Shown piece after piece: positions 37,931 to 51,326 of a stretch of DNA of 64,000 bases (within the stretch, counting starts at the first letter, position 1; every line of letters starts with the position of its first letter). The translations under genes were made by a program, and so were the position numbers. The stretch is from the NCBI GenBank assembly GCA_964016885.1, contig OZ024740.1, forward strand, positions 16,988,001-17,052,000. Direction: 5' to 3'. The notes beneath the pieces are model-generated. The model had not been told where the DNA came from. It worked only from the letters and a program-made list of their open reading frames with translations, and did no database searches. This DNA comes from Eledone cirrhosa. Lineage: Eukaryota.

Positions 37931-40413
37931 GGAAGATGGACATTGTTTCGTGTACCGAACTTGCCTGCTACACCGTTCATCCAATTTTCATGAAACCTCA
38001 CACATATATTCCACTCAACGCGTAGAGTGGAATAGGCTACTTGAAATTTTCGAAAAATCGATAATCGGGCCCTATACAGAATGTTTTTCGATTCCAATGA
38101 AATTTTATGTGAATTCGAACACAAGAACTCTTAGTTTACATCTGGCGCAATAAAAATAAATTTCATATGCCCATATAAGGACGTGCGTTATTGATTGGAC
38201 GGCCAGCTGTCTCAGTAAACGACCGACCATTAAAGAGTTTCTTTTCATATTCCACCTTATTCAAGTCGAAATACAGTATTATCCCTATCTGAAAAGGGAA
38301 CCAAATTTAATGGTGTCTTTTGTGAACCTAAAAGCTGTGAGTAAATTTTCAAACAGTCTTAAATAATCATGCTTTTTTAAAAAAAAATTACTAAATAATA
38401 CCTTGACCAAGTTGTGTTGTACACATACAATACAAGTAAAAAAATTTACGTCGTACCAATGTTTTCCTTTTTTAAACAAAAGATTCTAAAAAATTACTTA
38501 ATTTATAATACAGTCTTTTGCACAGGAAGTGAGTAACTTTTCGGGTGTTTAAACGTAAGTTCACCAGGGTTTGTCTTCATTATTAGCCCACCTCTAATGG
38601 CATTTTTTGTTCTGCTTACGACTAAATGTTATGAGCGTATTTGCAATTAATTGCGCACACGTGCACACCTGCATGCAGATAGACACTGACAGCCAATAAA
38701 AAAATCGATAACTTGCTTATTAAGATATCGGTCAAAAAGAGAGATTGAATGTACTTTAGAACATTTTTTGAATATATTGTTCTTTTTGGCATGATATGTC
38801 AGAAATATAGCTACTATACACTTTGGTTATTTTTTGTAACTAAAAAACGGTTCCTTTTGGGTGGATACTTAACGAGAAAAATCCTAGGGTTTTGGACAAG
38901 TTTGTTTCAGGCGCTGTATAGACGCCTATTTTGTCACACCTTGGTCATGAATTCGTATTCTTTTCCAATAGATATTTTCCGCTCTATAAGGCTCACCAGG
39001 ATATAAGGCGTATCATTTAAAATCACGTCCGCGCAACGGCGTGTAAGGCCAACCAGAAAATGCTATCTTCTTTACTTTTAGTCTAGATCTATTACTTCTG
39101 TTAGAGCCGTGATTGATTACCATTGTATTATTTATACATAAGGCTCACCGGAGTATAAAGCGCAGAGCTGTTTTTTGATTAAATTTAATTATTTTAAGTG
39201 CAATTTATAGACGGGAAAATTCGGTAAGTTATTGTAATCATATTTCCAAACCTTCCCATTCACCCGTAACCATCCTAACGAATCTGGTGTCATCTCTCTC
39301 TGTATTTAATCACCTCTCTCTAACCTAACAGCTTCGTTACACGTCGTTATGCCCACACGGAAACGTTCAAGACTTACCTCCAAAAAAGGTACAGCTATTG
39401 CTTTGAGACAACGAATTAGGCGTTCTCAGGTATGAGTTCATTCACAATTGATTAATCCTTTATGCAATATTCTCCCTTAATGTTAGCAAGTACTGCGTTT
39501 ATCCTAACTGTCACCACTTTTAAGCAACTACAACATTCTAATCGTAGTTATATTAAATTTATTGTCTTACCTTGATTCCCTTTTGTTCATGTTAGACTTT
39601 TCTCATTTACTATTGACACTGCCATTGGCTTAGCTAACCAGTAGAATTAATTAATTTTCTCTAGGAAACACCTGCTGAGCGCAAATCTCGACTCGCTGAT
39701 AGACGTCTTTCCCGGCTGGTTGAGTCACCAACATCACGTACGACAAGGCTTGCTGATGTTCGCCTTCGTCGCCAACAAGCGCTGACGGAGGAATCACCAA
39801 CATCCCATCAGACGAGGCTTGAGGCTGTGGCAAAGGGCAATAACCCTAGATACAATTTTGATCAACTTTTTTTCACCTATAGCAAATTTACCGGGACAGG
39901 TTTTTAGTTACTCAAATCTACTTCAGAGATCACGCATTGATGTAAAAAAATCAATAAAACTGAAGCGGGGCTCGACTTTGCGCAAAAAAACAAGGCAAAG
40001 TTACACATGGGAAAACTTTTTACAGGAACGTCCTATATTCTTGAAAACTGTCACAAAAGACTCGCCATTATGCCGCGGTTAAGATAAAGGCCCTTTTAAT
40101 TCTTCTTCTGCACATGTGAGCGCAAAAATTGTAAATAAAAAAAACCCTGAAAGTAATCGACATTTTCACCCTGCTTTAAATTAACTGAACATTCAATATC
40201 AAGCGATTTTGACTTCCGTCAGTCGTGCAGAGAACAATTTCAACGATACACTGTGTAACTACAATTAATAAATTACATACCTGCGTCTACTAACCTATTT
40301 TTTTCCATTGAGGTTCGAAGTTTTGAACCTGTGATGCGCGGGAAGTAACTTTCACACATTCTAACAGACCAAAGGTCGACTTACACCCGGGCAACGCCGG
40401 GTACTTCTGCTAG
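37920..40413 (+). mobile_element. Non-autonomous Helitron (3' end clear, 5' end tentative) with a nested pogo/Tc2-like terminus at ~38985-39226
   Basis: 3' ACCCGGGCAACGCCGGGTACTTCTGCTAG|T gives a hairpin plus CTAG. The 5' region resembles Helitron heads but merges with (TA)n. Confidence 0.6.
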
Positions 40414-40425
40414 TATATATATATA

Positions 40426-40508
40426 TGTTGGGTTGTAACATAAATTCCCGCCATTGTTATAAATATTTCTTAATAAAACACGGCGGGAATTTATGTTACA
40501 ACCCAATA
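40426..40508. mobile_element. Miniature mariner-like MITE
   Basis: TIR TTGGGTTGTAACATAAATTCCCGCC and its reverse complement, flanked by TA. Confidence 0.6.
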
Positions 40509-40591
40509 TATATATATATATATTTATTTTTTTTTTATATAGAAAAGCTTCTACAGGGCTAGAACTGTTTCATTCGTGAGAAATCATCAGG

Positions 40592-40640
40592 GCTTCCTGA
40601 TGATTTCTCACGAATGAAACAGTTCTAGTCCTGTAGAAGC
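40592..40640 (+). ncRNA. Type I hammerhead ribozyme in fold-back 40537-40650 (truncated mirror 40547-40591)
   Basis: GCTTC-CTGATGA-tTTC(tcac)GAAt-GAAA-CAG(ttctagtc)CTG-TA-GAAGC, with a GUA site. Confidence 0.8.
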
Positions 40641-40731
40641 TTTTCTATATTAAAACATTTATACTCTGCTATGTATTGAGTACCTTACTTACTGTGGTTA
40701 CCCCCGATTGAACCCGGAATAACTTTATATA

Positions 40732-40761
<30 letters not shown>

Positions 40762-40768
<7 letters not shown>

Positions 40769-41018
40769 ATACTTTGGGAGGGTCATGTTGCCAATGAGAA
40801 ACACACGCACCTGTTGCTTTCACTTCAATTTATTATAATAAATTTATAAATTTAGGAATTTATAAATTTCCGGTTGGTTGGTTGGTTCCACAACCAGATG
40901 GTTGTTTATATATTGTCAAAGTTCTTTCGTCACACATTCTGTGACCTCTTCAGTGACTGGGGATTCTTTTCTTTGTTTTTGCGCCTCTCCTTTGTTCTGT
41001 CCTACGCCATCTTGTTTC

Positions 41019-41020
<2 letters not shown>
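40762..41020 (-). mobile_element. PLE pLTR copy with HHR at 40915-40957
   Basis: Near-identical reverse complement of ~10563-10820. Confidence 0.82.
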
Positions 41021-41064
<44 letters not shown>

Positions 41065-41255
41065 AAGCAAATGAATGTAGGAATGAAGGAGTTACAAGCC
41101 GTTAAAACAAGTTCATTACACATGTTTCGCCCAGAAGGGCTCTTCTCCTTAAATATACGCTAATATTAACTCCCTCTAATATTTAACTCTGCTAACCCAA
41201 GCATTGAGCACACCACGCTTCGGCTATTGGCATTTAGTATCCTGTATCGCACCTC

Positions 41256-41450
41256 TGGTGGATTGGCAGTATCGGTAGAGAGTCTGACGCCATGATTTGC
41301 AGCAAAGAGTTACGGCCCTTTATGGTCTGAGTTCAAATCCCGCCGAGGTTAACTTTGCCTTTCATCCTTACATGTCGATAAAATAAAGTACCAGTAATAT
41401 ACTGAGTATTTGCTGGCCTTGTGCCAAAAAGTAGAAACAATTATTATTAT
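41256..41450 (+). mobile_element. Deu/Nin-domain SINE
   Basis: Matches the consensus, with an (ATT)n tail. Confidence 0.85.
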
Positions 41451-41458
41451 TATATATA

Positions 41459-41830
41459 TCTAAACTATAATAAAGGAAGGCCTGCGGGACTGCGTACGGT
41501 TTATTTTATTTTTATCCCGTTTGTAAAATAAGTTGGATTACTTTGAATAAATAATTGTTTCTACTTTTGACACAAGGCCAGCAATTCCCCCAGTACATTG
41601 CTGGTACTTTATTTTATCGACCCTGTAAGGATGAAAGTTAACCTCGACGGGATTTTAACTCAGATCGTAAAGGAACGTAACTATAAATAATGAATGAATA
41701 TTACATAATTTATCTACTAAATTTCGTGGCTGTTGATTAAATATATTTTGTTTATTTAAAGATTCACTTCTTTAAAATTTCTGAAATGTCAACACTTCCG
41801 GTGGCAATCGCTTAAATAAAATAAACATAC
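41459..41830 (+). mobile_element. Helitron 5' fragment interrupted by a SINE (41553-41682, minus)
   Basis: Starts TCTAAACTATAATAAAG. 41762-41801 matches the reverse complement of 12204-12243. Confidence 0.55.
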
Positions 41831-42208
41831 TAATTTTCTCCTAATGCAGTTTATATATAGTATCGTCTTTTTTAATGTATGGATTACGTTACTGATTAAA
41901 TAAGACAGCGTAACACAGTCTTCGTTCAATCTCTATGTATTATATATTGTCAATTACGATTTTATTTGATGTATCATATCTACATATATATATACCTGCG
42001 TATAATATCAATATACACACTACACATGCTAGCAGAAAACCACAGTTTTTCTGCTAGTAGTATAAGATGGTAATATGGACGAAACAAGAGGAGGACCTCT
42101 TCGTCAGCTGTTAACTGCAGATCATAGATGTTTCGGCTAAAGAAGGTGTGGTAAAATACCAGGTGGACCATAACGCACCAGAGTACTCGAGACTTAGGAT
42201 AGTATCGG

Positions 42209-42248
<40 letters not shown>

Positions 42249-42414
42249 ATGTACATGTATATATATGTATATATCCTCATCGTCATCATTTAACATCTAC
42301 CTCCTGCCAAGGGTTCGATGGGTTATCAGAACATAATCAGCTCTACGTACCTCTGAAAAGGGCCAAGGACCACGGAGAAGCCCCTGCATCTTCATTATAT
42401 ATATTCCCACGGTT

Positions 42415-42880
42415 AATTGGCAGTATCGGTAGAGGGTTGGACGCCATGCTTTCCAGCATAGTTACCTCCCTTTACAGTCTGAGTTCAAATTCCGCCGAGG
42501 TTAACTTTGCCTTTCAATCCTTACGGGGTCGATAAAATAAAGTACCAGTAATGTACTGGGTAATTGCTGGCCTTGTGCCAAAAGTAGAAACAATTATATA
42601 TATTCCCATCGTGTACTGATGTGGTGGGATTTAAGAGGTCGACGTGAAGAGGAAAGGGGTGAGAATGATCTGCAATAGAGTTGGAGTTACAGAGATGAGA
42701 CTTAAGAGTAGCGGTGGTGAGAGGGGTTCATGAGTCAAGTCAACTGAATGGGTTTCTAATAATTGTTTCTACTTTTGGCACAAGGCCAGCAATTATCCCA
42801 GTGTATTACTGGTACTTTATTTTATCGATCCTGTAAGGATGAAAGGCAAAGTTAACCTCGGCGGGATTTGAACTCAGAAC
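42415..42880. mobile_element. Two Deu/Nin-domain SINEs (42415-42595 plus; 42761-42880 minus)
   Basis: Both match the consensus. Confidence 0.82.
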
Positions 42881-43381
42881 TTGGAAGTCTGGGTTTCTCT
42901 TATTAATTTTCTAGTTTACAGTCACTGCCTCCGTTTCTCTCGCTCTCGCCATCTCTCACTATTATAAGTAAATGAGGGAGGGGCATACACTGGCCGCCCC
43001 GCGACACCGGCGGACAGAATAGAGGTGTTTCACATTTGTTCTTACTGGTTGGTGGTGAGTCCTTCTCTAGTAATGTGTGTCACTAATCCTCGTTGTCTTT
43101 TGTCATCTCTGTCGAGAAATTCAGCTTCCTCAGATCTTTCCTATTTCATCCTCTGTCTTCCATTGTCTTTATATACAGCTAAACGAGATAGTCTCTATGT
43201 AGTCAATCAACAGGCTAGAAATAACAGCCAAATTGAACTCAAAATAAGAAAACTAAACGTTCTTGTCGGACCTGCAACAAATGACCGTCTTCCATCCACT
43301 GAGATTTCTCTGATAACAAGATATTTTTTTGTTTTTTGTTTGTTTTTGTTTTTGTTTTTTACAAATCTATGACTATCTGAA

Positions 43382-45110
43382 GTGATAGACAACGATACTA
43401 ATTCAGCGAATTTCTTGGATGTTACACCCCAACTTAAAACTAGTCTCTACCATTTCTATAACCCAAATAAACACCTCCAATATATAAACACCAACCACCC
43501 TCCTGCTGTTATCAACTTTATTGTTAACAGTGTTTTGTCTAGAATTTCAAACTCAACCAATGCGGAAATATTCAAGCCACACGCCGAGTATTATAACAAT
43601 TAGTTAAAGCAAGATATGTACACCTGAAAAAAATAGGTGTGTTTCAGATGATAAACATAAAATAGAAATTTGGCACACACTAAACATTGATAGAACATAT
43701 CGGGGTAAGAATAATAACTCCATTAACAGTTTAACACTAAAACCGGCTGTATCCAGCCAGAATTCTCTCACCTCTTTCTGTTTAAACCGGCTCTAACCGG
43801 TCGCTCATAATGGTATTAAGGTACTGTTCTCAAAATAAATAATATCAAAATCTCGTAGATTCGATGTTATGTAAGATAATTATATGAGGTAAAGCCTTTA
43901 CTATAAAAATATAATAGTAAATATAGTAAATATAATTGTTTCTTCTTATGGTACAAGGCCAGCATTACCCAGTGCATTACTGGTACTTTATTTTATCGAC
44001 CCCGTAAGGATGAAAGGCAAAGTTAACCTCAGCGGGCCGTAACTCCATGCGTCAAAGCATGGTGTCCCATCTACCGATACAGCCAATCCACCGCCCTGTA
44101 ATATAGTAAATATAATAAATGCTAAAGGGTTAAGGTTAGAATTACTAAATACAACAAGTGTTGAATAGATACACAGAATAGAAACTCCCCTCTGGCGGTC
44201 GTCTGCTTCATTCTTCAATTGTCCACTTACATATGTCTGTAAAACTTATAGTCATTACAATAGTAATAACAATAATAACAACAATAATTTTATTAGCAAT
44301 ATAAGAAAGGAAGTTATTAAAACAACAGAACTCCTCGAATCAATCCAGTAACTCTTACAACCAACTCAAATTCAAATTTAGACATGGAAAATGTTGAAAA
44401 AATAAAGTAGTTACAGTGTCGATAATGATGGTGAGCATATTAAAATAACATTCACTTCAAACCGATAATCTACACCAGCCTGAGATACTATCATTTAACA
44501 AATATAGCAATACAACTAAATTGAATAGATTACGCGAGAGAAAGATCACGTGGTTTAACCCACCCACCCACCCCACCCCCCACCCCCCACCCCATATGCG
44601 CTATTCTTGGTATTTTCATTAAAGCCTTGGATAAAAATTTCTCCCTTCACATAAATAACATAAAATATTCAATATACATACGGCTAAATTACCACACTCT
44701 ACTGCAACTTATCCACCTTACAATACAACAGCAATTTATTAAAAAAGAACTCTATGAATTTTATAGATTGATTAAACAACTTAACGAATAGGTAGGATAA
44801 TCTACCTGTCTCTAGACACGGAGCATGAAATGATACAGCAAACCCCGCAGTGGTTCAAAACACAGATAATAAAGACCATATTACATACACGTCTCAAAGA
44901 AACCCAATAAAAAACCACAAACAATAACAAGAGAATGTGTATCTGTAGGATACCTGACCTGTACTCCTTCAATAAACAATGTTTTATTAAGGACGAAGTA
45001 TATAAACGCACAGTGTCGACATATATATTCTACTAAATGGGTGCTACACTCACACCCTTTAAAAATAGTCTCTATAACCATATTCATTCCTTTAGAAAAA
45101 TGCACATCCA
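43382..45110 (+). pseudogene. Highly decayed Penelope-like element (Naiad-like), interrupted by a SINE (43933-44095, minus)
   Basis: NFLDVT..Y..PN..LQYI..NHPP..RIS..EIF at 43382-43603. RERKITWFNPP and FIKALDKNF..KIFN at ~44533-44690 are homologous to ORF 61613-62350. Confidence 0.7.
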
Positions 45111-45388
45111 ACGCTGAATAAATTTGGAAATTTAATAATTCGATCCGCTAGTCCTTATCGAGAAAGACGGGTGGGGGTACAATTTATGGAGTGTCTGGAA
45201 ATAATTAAACAGTGGGTTTAATTAATTAAAAAAAATATGAAGTTGTTATCAGCTGTGCATATCGTTTTAACAAAACATCCATAAAATCGATAAAATCAAG
45301 ATGGCCATCATTCAACTCTACAGCATTTTGTTTTAGACGTTTTCACTTTTCCTTTACATCTTAATACACTTCTGTATATTCTTATGTA

Positions 45389-46443
45389 AGGCGGTGAATT
45401 GGCAGAGTCGTTAGAACGTCGGGTAGAATGGCAGAATGGTTAAAACGTCAGATAGAATGGTAGATAGAATGGTAGAGTCATTAGAACGTCAGATAGAATG
45501 GTAGAGTGGTTAGAACGTCGGGTAGAATGGTAGAGTGGTTAGAACGTCGGGTAGAGTGGTAGAGTGGTTAGAACGTCGGGTAGAATGGCAAAGTGGTTAG
45601 AACGTCAGATAGAATGGTAGAGTGGTTAGAACGTCAGATAGAATAGCAGAGTCGTTAGAACGTCAGATAGAATGGCAAAGTCGTTAGAACGTCAGATAGA
45701 ATGGTAAAGTCGTTAGAACGTCAGATAGAATGGTAGAGTGGTTAGGACGTCAGATAGAATAGCAGAGTCGTTATAACATCAGATAGAATGGCAGAGTTGT
45801 TAGAACGTCAGATAGAATGGTAGAGTCGTTAGAACGTCAGATAGAATGGTAGAGTGGTTAGAACGTCAGATAGAATGGTAGAGTCGTTAGAACGTCAGAT
45901 AGAATAGCAGAGTCGTTAGAACGTCAGATAGAATGGCAAAGTCGTTAGAACGTCACATAGAATAGTAGAGTCGTTAGAACGTCAGATAGAATGGTAGAGT
46001 GGTTAGAACGTCAGATAGAATAGTAGAGTCGTTAGAACGTCAGATAGAATGGTAGAGTCGTTATAACGTCAGATAGAATGGTAGAGTTGTTATAACGTCA
46101 GATAGAATGGTAGAGTCGTTATAACGTCAGATAGAATGGTAGAGTCGTTATAACGTCAGATAGAATGGTAGAGTCGTTATAACGTCAGATAGAATGGTAG
46201 AGTTGTTATAACGTCAGATAGAATGGTAGAGTCGTTATAACGTCAGATAGAATGGTAGAGTTGTTAGAACGTCAGATAGAATGATAGAGTCGTTATAACG
46301 TCAGATAGAATGGTAGAGTTGTTAGAACGTCGGGTAGAATGCTTTGCGGTATTTGTTTCGGCACTCTACTGTGCCAGGTCAACTTTGCCTTTCATCCATT
46401 CGAGGTCGATAAAAAACAAGTACCAGTCAAGTACTGGTGTCAA
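45389..46443 (+). mobile_element. SINE whose tRNA head is expanded into a 29-bp minisatellite
   Basis: Head GGCGGTGAATTGGCAGAGTCGTTAG, then the array, then the SINE core at ~46375-46440. Confidence 0.8.
45401..46340 (+). repeat. 29-bp tandem repeat, ~32 copies (TAGAATGGTAGAGTCGTTAGAACGTCAGA)
   Basis: Seen directly; there are no spacers. Confidence 0.95.
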
Positions 46444-47469
46444 TTCATCCTCTATATCTCTTTCTCACTTCCATTCTCCCACTCTCTATCCTTCTCTGGA
46501 AGACACCTACTGTATTCACACCTGGATAGATGAGTTTCCCCCAGGTTTGAAAACTGTCCTACAAACGCCGTATTACAATAGAGTGTCCTTATGTCTTCCC
46601 CTAGGAGTTACGGGACCACGCAAGTATAATCTTATCTACCCAGTCACATATTTCTCTACTTCTATAACTATTTCATTCTACATTATTACGTATCAATTTA
46701 CAAATTATTCGTTCATTCTGTCACGCAGTGTGTATACTTCTCTCTTACATATTTTATATAAAATAATAGATATCACAAATCATGATTCTTTCAACCCAGC
46801 ATCAACAATATGACTGAAATTGTTGAATAGTTTATACTATTATATAATATTTATATTATTTATCATTATAATAATAGTAGTGGACGCCTTAAGGAAGTAA
46901 ACGACCAATGATCCACACCGATAAACCGGTAAACTGATCTACTGTTACTACTATCGTAATATAAGAACAGCTATCATCTGTCAGACAACAGCATTTCAGA
47001 ACATTATATTAAAGTGTCTCCACCTTCTATTATTTACCACACAAGTCTACCCTATATATTTTTCTCTTGTTTCTTCGTGCTTATACTTTCTATTCTCACT
47101 CTTTCACAAGCGTTGTCCATCTCTCTTTATCTTATTATCACATCACACATCTAATATTCGTTGACCGTTCTCACTTAAAAATCACAGGCTTCACAAGACC
47201 TTACTTATTTCTATGTTATGAAGTAATTAAATAATTTTCTATATAGATAATGAACACAACCACACGGATATAAACTGTCATCGCCTCCACCTCTCTCGCC
47301 CTCTCCATCTCTCTGTATGGTGAGCAAAAGGGGTCCCACGTGCTGGCCTCCCCACAGCCCCGGCAGACAGAATGGAGAAGGCGTTCCCCCGGAGGATGGT
47401 AACGATGGTAAGGGCCAAGGACTACTTCTCCGAATTGAGAAATCACAGCTCGGATACTATGGGCGTGTG

Positions 47470-47680
47470 GTTAGAATATCTTAGAATAACTGAACAAATT
47501 TTACAGGCAAAACCAACCGGTAGGAGACCCAAGGGTAAACCCCGAGCAAGATGGTTGAATAACATCCTTGAGCTTGGCTGGTCTCGCTTGGAGACAGTTG
47601 CTTCTGACAGGACCCGCTTGAAGGAGTGTTTGAGGACTCTGCCCCCACAACCTTCTCAGGAATAAGTGGGTAAAGAAGAA
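47470..47680 (+). mobile_element. RTE-like LINE extreme 3' fragment
   Basis: QILQAKPTGRRPKGKPRARW..DR..LPPQP*. Confidence 0.7.
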
Positions 47681-48340
47681 AATATTTTCACAGCTTTTAT
47701 ACTCAAATTGTTATATTTCAAATTGTTTACTTTATTTTAAATTTTCATTTTTGGTTGTTTTTTTGGCTGCATTTTTGCTTTGATCTTGACTTTTACCATT
47801 GGTGTTTGCTTTTGTTTTTGTTTTCGTAAACGTTTAATAGGATAACTGAAATCTATCTATTTAGAGCGGTAAACCTGTTCTATACTCTCCTGCGTCTTCT
47901 TTTAAAGACTAATTTTCTATTCATCTTTTCCACTGAAGTATTTGTCAGTCCATGCCAGGTTTACTTGCTTTGTAACCAATTTCTTTCACAACTACTTCTG
48001 CTACTAATAAAAGACAATGGCTATAGTTTTCAAGTAATTTTGAAAAATAATCAAGAATTTGAACGGTTTTAGTAATATAACTTTCTTTCTCATTATTAAG
48101 TTGGTGTTTGGAACATAACTTAACCCTTTTGTTACAATATTTCTAATAAAAGACATTGGCTACATTTTTTAAGTATATATATATATATATATTAGTAAAA
48201 GGAAAAGAAAATGCTGACAAATTTTTCCCAGTGAAAAATAGTTTAATTAGGAATAAGTAAAAATTAGTAATAAGTATTCAGTAATAAATATTCAGTTTTA
48301 GTTTTAAGTTTTTACCGGTTGCGCATTTTTAATGCTTTTC

Positions 48341-48643
48341 AAAAATAATTTTGAGATAGAGCGCCCGTGATGTTTGCTCTAATCTGATCAGTTTTGGAAA
48401 TTCTACCTGTTTTATGTGAAAAAAGTGGCTCCAGAGGTATTAAGATTTGGTTGGTTGTTGAATGTCACGTGAATGAGTACTATAAGTTTCGCGCCAATTC
48501 GTGTTGCAAAAATTCTTGTAGTCAAAACAATTTTGATTGGTCGGTAGAAGTCACGTGAATGTTAAAAATTGATTTTGCGCCAAATGTAGGTTTGTCGAAG
48601 AGTCTGATTGAGAAGTCACTGAAAAATAAGTCTTTTAAGACAA

Positions 48644-48697
<54 letters not shown>

Positions 48698-48793
48698 TAA
48701 AGAGGTTCATTGTTGTGACAATGGTCAGTAGGGATGTGTGTGTGAATTGCAGTATTGTTGAAAGGTCAACAGTTCAGGTGTCTATTAAGACAA

Positions 48794-48867
<74 letters not shown>

Positions 48868-49440
48868 CAGAGTGATTCGTGGTAGAGGGATTCGGTCAGT
48901 AGGAATGTGTCTGTACGTGTGTGGGGGGATATTTTAACATGTTGAAAGATATTTTTCAGCTCTTGTCTTATACGGAGAAGTGTGTGTGTGTGTACACACA
49001 CACACACACACACACACACATTTGTCTTAATAGACACCTGAACTGTTGACCTTTCAACATGACTGCAATTCACACGCACATCCCTACTGACCATTATCAC
49101 AACAATGAACCTCTTTACTACACACACACACACATATTTGTCTTAAAAGACTTATTTTTCAGTGACTTCTCAATCAGACTCTTCGACAAACCTACATTTG
49201 GCGCAAAATCAATTTTTAACATTCACGTGACCTCTACCGACCAATCAAAATTGTTTTGACTACAAGAATTTTTGCAACACGAATTGGCGCGAAACTTACA
49301 GTACTCATTCACGTGACATTCAACAACCAACCAAATCTTAATACCTCTGGAGCCACTTTTTTCACATAAAACAGGTAGAATTTCTAAAACTGATCAGATT
49401 AGAGCAAACATCACGGGCGCTCTATCTCAAAATTATTTTT
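48341..49440. repeat. Large inverted duplication (~450-bp arms including (GT)n/(AC)n tracts)
   Basis: 48341-~48865 is the reverse complement of ~48993-49440 with few substitutions. Confidence 0.93.
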
Positions 49441-49609
49441 ATCAAAATTATTTTGCATAAGTTGGCTCAACTTATAATAAAAAATTATAAGTTGAGCCAA
49501 CTTATGCAGCTTCATATGCAAATGAGATTAATCACCTCATTTACACAGACGAGAAAAGTATATATTCTCAGCTGTCTTCTAGTCCAGCAGTCGCAAGCGG
49601 TGGGAGGGA

Positions 49610-49651
49610 CCCTCCTGACGAAGGCCAGTTAAGCCTGAAATGCATAGACGG
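49610..49651 (+). ncRNA. Type I hammerhead ribozyme with palindromic loop 3
   Basis: CCCTC-CTGACGA-AGGC(cagttaa)GCCT-GAAA-TGCA-TA-GACGG. Stem I is extended by GCAAGCGG/CCGCTTGC (49593-49664). Confidence 0.83.
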
Positions 49652-50641
49652 TTGTCCCGCTTGCTTCTGATGGACATCACCAGAGGGCGTTAGCCCCCCG
49701 GTGTTTGCATAGCTACGGCTTCCTAAAACTGTATTTATTTGGAGATACAAAATATTTATACATATATATATATATATAGTTATGTAATAAACAACATAAG
49801 GCAATTATTTCATTTACCAGTGGTTTCTTAAAAGCAAACAAATTTGGCTTTCAATCATCAGAATGAAAAATTCCTGGTGTATTTATTGACATTGGATTTT
49901 AAAAACAAAAATATAATCTATATGAAAGTGAGGCTGGAAAAGGAAGAAGGAAAGGAAAAATAAACACACACACAATTACATACACACACATATACATACA
50001 TATATATATACACACACACATACACACAGACACATATATATGTATATATATATATATACATACACGTGCATATACACATACATACACACATATATATCAA
50101 CATATCTATACATACACATACACACAAATACACAAACACGCACACACACATGCATATATATATATATATATATATATACATACATACACACAATCATACA
50201 TATATACACACGTACATACATACACACATATATACACGCATACATACGCATGCACAAATATAGATATATTTACACACACCTACATACGCACGCACACAAA
50301 TAATTATAAGAAAAAATATAATAATAAAAATACCGTCACATAAGAATAAAAATGAATCCTAAACGGACGGTAGTCCGTTTAGTAATATTGTTGTGGTCGT
50401 GTTTTCGTTGGCAATCGTCTGTTTACGACAGTACAGCGCGGCTCTACTTTATTTAACTGAGATAATACTTATATGAGCATGAACAGTAGATCATTACGCA
50501 TCTTTTGGCTTAAAAATCTAGAAATTTGGTCCAGCGGGAAAAAGTTTATAATCAAAGTTTGCTGATAAATCTTGTGTTCAAGTGAGTGAGTAGTAAGCGT
50601 GACGCTAGGGGAGGTAATTACGAGTCTCTCTCTCTCTCTAC

Positions 50642-50766
50642 GGGGTCATCCAGAAATGACGAATTTTTTTCGGCGGAACTCTTGTGATTGTGATTACGTT
50701 AGTCAAATGTAGTCAAATCGCCGAATCCCCTCCTCCTAATTGACTACGTCATTTCTGAACGGCCCT
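50642..50766. mobile_element. MITE with imperfect 19-bp TIRs
   Basis: GGGTCATCCAGAAATGACG / CGTCATTTCTGAACGGCCC. Confidence 0.6.
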
Positions 50767-51326
50767 ACTTGCGTCAGTGTGAAACATTACTTCACTTTTC
50801 ACTGCTAAAATGCTTTTTAAATACTTCGTTACAAATTTATGTTTATTATCAAAGCTATTTTGTGTACCAATCTATCAATAGTTTGCGAAAATATAGGTAA
50901 ACATGTGAGTTAAATATTTTTTAATCGCATCGATCGCTTTGTCGCACCGGCTGTGACACTGTCTGACTGACACCTTTGTCGGACCGACACCTCTGTTCAA
51001 GCGGACAACTTTGTGTCACTGACACCTTTGTTCGTGCCGGCATCTCTGCGAAACACCGATGACAACAACCAGACCAAAATTTCACTTCATTCTTCATTCT
51101 TCTTCAAGACCGATCGCCGACCGATCGTATCGGTTGCTCTTCATATACCAGGTATTCAACAGATAGTTTGCACTTCTAGTATTATTAACAGTCGTGCGAT
51201 TTTTTGTACCGATAGGTGCGAATAGTGCGCTATATTTTTGTACCGATAGGTGCGAATAGTGCGATAGGTGCGAATAGTGTACAATATTTTCTGAGATTTG
51301 CATCCACTAATTTCGCTTAATTAAAA

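Noticed and set aside
41256-41345. tRNA gene
   Set aside because: The A/B boxes belong to a SINE head, with no complete cloverleaf.
45401-46340. CRISPR-like 29-bp repeats
   Set aside because: The units are directly adjacent with no unique spacers, there are no cas genes, the context is eukaryotic, and the repeat derives from a SINE head.
49255-49310. GAAA-CTTACAG-TA half-site in the large inverted repeat
   Set aside because: There is no CUGANGA-type core or matching stem I upstream.
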